DNA of 64,000 nucleotides from Chrysomallon squamiferum (lineage: Eukaryota > Animalia > Mollusca), in NCBI GenBank assembly GCA_012295275.1, contig CM022676.1:9300001-9364000 (forward strand), written 5' to 3'. Below, in pieces: positions 60,146 to 64,000 of the stretch. The notes under the pieces are model-generated. The model saw nothing but the letters and a program-made list of their open reading frames with translations. It did no database searches and was not told where the DNA came from. A program made the translations under genes and the position numbers. Every line of letters begins with the position of its first letter. Positions within the stretch are counted from its first letter, which is position 1.

Positions 60146-63100
60146 CCTATTATTTATCTGTTTTGTATTGTAGTATACAACAACCCAAGCATATTTAACA
60201 ATATCGAACAATAAAACTGGCTGTTATTTACCCGTAGACCTCACCCACTTCACAATCTAATCCCCACCCCACATGTTGCTGAGTAAACAAAGATCTACAA
60301 GTATTGTTATCTCAAAAGTCCCAGATGTCATAATTGTGGCCAAGCTGTAAGTCCAGATAAAACTGACCATTGTCCAGCTTGACCATCTGACACCTTTGCA
60401 GTCCAGCCAATCTTGAACAAACAAGACATTCTCACACAACTGGATTATAAAAGTCCTACAGACGTCAGGTCAGTGATAACAATGATAGCATAAGATAAGC
60501 TTTTATTGCTGGTGGAAAAATGTTATTTCACATTCCGACCAGTGCTCTTAAAATTAGTGGGCACGAGAGAGAGAAACTGGTGGAAAATATTTTAAAATGA
60601 ACTTTATTTTTTTGTTTCTTTGTTTGTTTGTTTGTTTCTTTCTTTCTTTTCTCAAGTTATTTCACATTCCAACCAGAGCCCTAAAATTACTTAGCACGAG
60701 AGCAACTGATGGAAAATATATTTTCCTGAAGCATTATTGAGATTTATTTTTTTTCTTATTTATTTATATATTCATTCATTCTTTCTTTCTTTCTTTCTTC
60801 AATTATTTTCTCATTCCAACTACAGCTCTATAAATAAGGTTTTGTTTCTGGTAGAAATTTCTATCCCAGAACCATGTAATTAATGATTCTTAGATTATGT
60901 TTTATAACCCAAACCTGGAGAGATACAAAATCTTTAATATAAATTGTACAAAGAAGAGTCAGTTTAATTAGTCTTAAAAAAAAAAATGTTCAATTAGATC
61001 TAGATATACTCCGGTACTGGGGTTTGATTCCAGAACCTTCTAAAGTCTGATAATTTGCTTTATGTGTTATCAGTCATATTCAGCAAAGTTACGTCTTTAA
61101 TCATGAAGAAACAGGATTTTCATGATCTTAGATGTTCTTGGTTGGATCTGGATAATAAACTGAACAGTGGGCTTTGATCTTTGACTGTTCAAAAGACTGA
61201 TAATTTGTCTTATTAGTTAAGAGACCAAAATCCAAAGAGTCACTGAGTGCTATATAGAGATATAGTGGTTATACAGAGATATAGTTGTTGTGATGGCATT
61301 TAGTAATTATTAAAGGGAAATAATAGTTATATAGAGACATAGTAGTTATTACAGAGATATACAGAGATGAAGTAGTTATACAGAAATATTAGTTACAACT
61401 GAGATGGATGTACAGAGATGGAGTTTATACAGAAATATTAGTTATATAGAGACACAGTAGTTATTTAGAGATATACAGAGATGAAGTGGATATCTGTGGA
61501 TATGGGCTGGTTTGGGAATTTTGAGGCTGGGGTTTAAAGATAAGAAAATGCTGAGAATTTATCTTTGCACTGCCAAGGCCATTTTTTTTTTTTTTTTTTT
61601 TTTACTTTTTATACATTTTTTTTGTTTTTAATTTCCTCCTTTTTCATACTTAGCTGATCTTTTAATGTTTCACACACCCCCCAGCCATTAACCTAATGTA
61701 GCAGATTAGTAGTGCTGTGTCAAGGGTCACTGGTGTTTACTCAATGCTGACTGGCTGATTAGATATCACTTAATGTTTCGCTAATTCTGATTGGTTGATT
61801 AGATAGCGTTATCTAAACAGTGATGTTAATTTGACAAGTCTGGACAGTGTTCAACTGTTATGATCTCATACCACCTTTAAATGATGTCAGTTCTGTGCAA
61901 CTGTTAATCTGAAAATAAACAAGGTGTGGACGGATGGACAGATGGATGGATGATGGATGGATGGATGGATAGATGGAAGAAGGGAAGGATGCTACAACAA
62001 CTAAATCAAAAAATTAATTTGTTGTCTCTAAATAAAAAAAAAGCTTGGGAATTTGGATGAATGAAGGAAGAATGTTGTAAATCATTCTACATAAAATGGA
62101 TGAATGTTTCAAAGGAAGAACAATATAGATAGATAAAATGATTTATAGAAGAAAATTTAACTGTGAAGAGAATCCTTATAAGCAAACATTTATTTAAATT
62201 AAAAAAAAAATTCATAAAAAATGAAGAGAATTACTGATATAAAATATTCAAATAGAAATTAAAGATAAAATTGTTCAATATTTATTTAATCTGGTAAAAC
62301 TGAATCCATCTTGAATTATTTTAATATGCTTGAAACGGTGCCATAACAGAAGGTGAACTCTTTTTGTTTTATTCTAAGTCGTTGTTATTAGCAACATCTG
62401 CAGATAAGAACAAATAAAACAAATGGAGTACATGTTGGTGGGAAAGAAAAAAAATATTTAATTTTGAATTCATCAGAAGTAGCAAACCGTTTCAAATTCC
62501 TGTTTCCACAAGACCTGAACAAATGAATAAGAAGAAATAAGATATAATAAATTTCTTTTATACAAAAAAACAAAGAAAATAAAAAGAGAGAGAAAAAGAG
62601 AAAAAAGATAATAAATTAAGAAAAAAAGAAGAAAAGAAATGATCTAATGTAATTTATTTTCTAATTTATTTGCTATCAGTGTTCACACTGCGTCAGTTTT
62701 ATTAAGACATTTCCCAGAATTCTGACAGGAAAAGCTCTTCAGAAAGTGAGGTCTTTTTTTTTATTATTTTTTTTTATCTAATTCTTGAGCCAATCAGTTG
62801 CCATCTTAGACACCTGTCACTGAGTATCAGAAACCCACCAATCCGTGACCTGAACACAAAAACATGGAGGCAAAGCAGACGTGAAAAACACAGATTACAC
62901 CTGCTGCACGTGCCAGGTCACATGATCTCAGCGACCCAGAAAGAACAGCAAATACATCAAATCAGCTTGCCTTCCTTGTCAGGGGAAAATGTGTTTATTT
63001 TTCAAGCGTTTTTTTTTTTTTTTGCTTTTTTGGAAAACTTTTCTTCTTTATGTTATTTTTTTTTTTATACTTTACTTTAAAAAAAATATATAAATGAAAT

Positions 63101-64000
63101 GTGTGTGTGTCTGTGTGTCATTTCATTAATTTTAAATGGTAAATATATATATTTATTTATTTGTTTATATTATATTATATTATATTATATTATATTATAT
63201 TATATTATATTATATTATATTATATTATATCATATTATATTATATTATATTACATTATATTTATCAATTTTATTTATTTATTAAATTTATTTGTTTAGAT
63301 TAACTTATTTGCATAATTATAGAAACATATTTAAATATGTTTTACATAGAGACAAACAAAAGAAATATATTGAATTTAATTATTTTTCATGCTCAAGTAT
63401 TTTATAAAAGATTGTTAGAAAATTTTCTATGTTTATTTAGAAAATTAATTAGGTGATGTTTTGGGTCAGCCTAGTGTAATAGCTATTCATCTTATTGTCA
63501 CATTATTTCTAGGAATAGATCTATGATTTTATTCTTACATTAACATCACATCAATAGTGATCTCAAAAAAAAAAAAATTACAAATAAAAATTCAGGTGTT
63601 ATATGTAATACTAATTTGACACTGAACTAACTGCAAAATAATTTGCAAATTAATCCGCAATTTATAATATTGATTATAAGATTACAAAATAGTTGACTCA
63701 TTAACATATTTTAATGCCATTTGTAATAATGATTTCTGCATTAACCTTGACTGCAAAACATTTTACAAATTAATAATATAAACGTCAATTCGCAATGACG
63801 GCCTTAAGTCAGTTTTAATAATATCGACGCTGGACTAGTTTTTATGCACCGTGTTACCCTGAAGCATAAACATTGACAGAGCAGACGTTTGTTTTGTGAA
63901 ATATCGCTGGCAAATAGTTTAAGATAAAGAGAGGAGTGGTTTGTAGATATTTAACAGCTGACTGAGTAAAAACTGTTTTTCTTCAGCGCTGGATCTTTGA

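Overview
This is eukaryotic (metazoan) genomic DNA, very AT-rich and dense in microsatellites ((CA)n, (GA)n, (TAA)n, (GATA)n, (TATG)n). A lophotrochozoan, probably mollusc, origin is my inference from sequence style only. Nearly all ORFs in the supplied track are microsatellite artefacts. The one clear gene is on the minus strand (43322->32314): 12 internal exons, all phase 1, encoding about 872 aa of ectodomain with 7 Ig domains, one canonical FN3 and one Cys-containing degenerate FN3. That is the architecture of Echinoid/Friend-of-echinoid (nephrin-related IgCAMs). Two exons each lack one base at a short homopolymer, probably through assembly error. I could not identify a transmembrane/cytoplasmic exon in the 32 kb downstream, and the signal-peptide exon is uncertain. 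The most unusual structure is that several introns contain tandem copies of their own exon/5'-splice-site junction, most clearly a ~16-unit array carrying about 8 extra GTAAGT donors. Also present: an orphan ATG-GGT-GAC-G|GTAAGT candidate first exon with a CpG-enriched upstream region (14.6-15.6 kb), a Tc1/mariner-type MITE, tRNA-derived SINE remnants, compound minisatellites, four CTCF-like motifs, and clusters of RFX X-box and CAGGT(G/A) motifs. There are no prokaryotic features and no CRISPR array.
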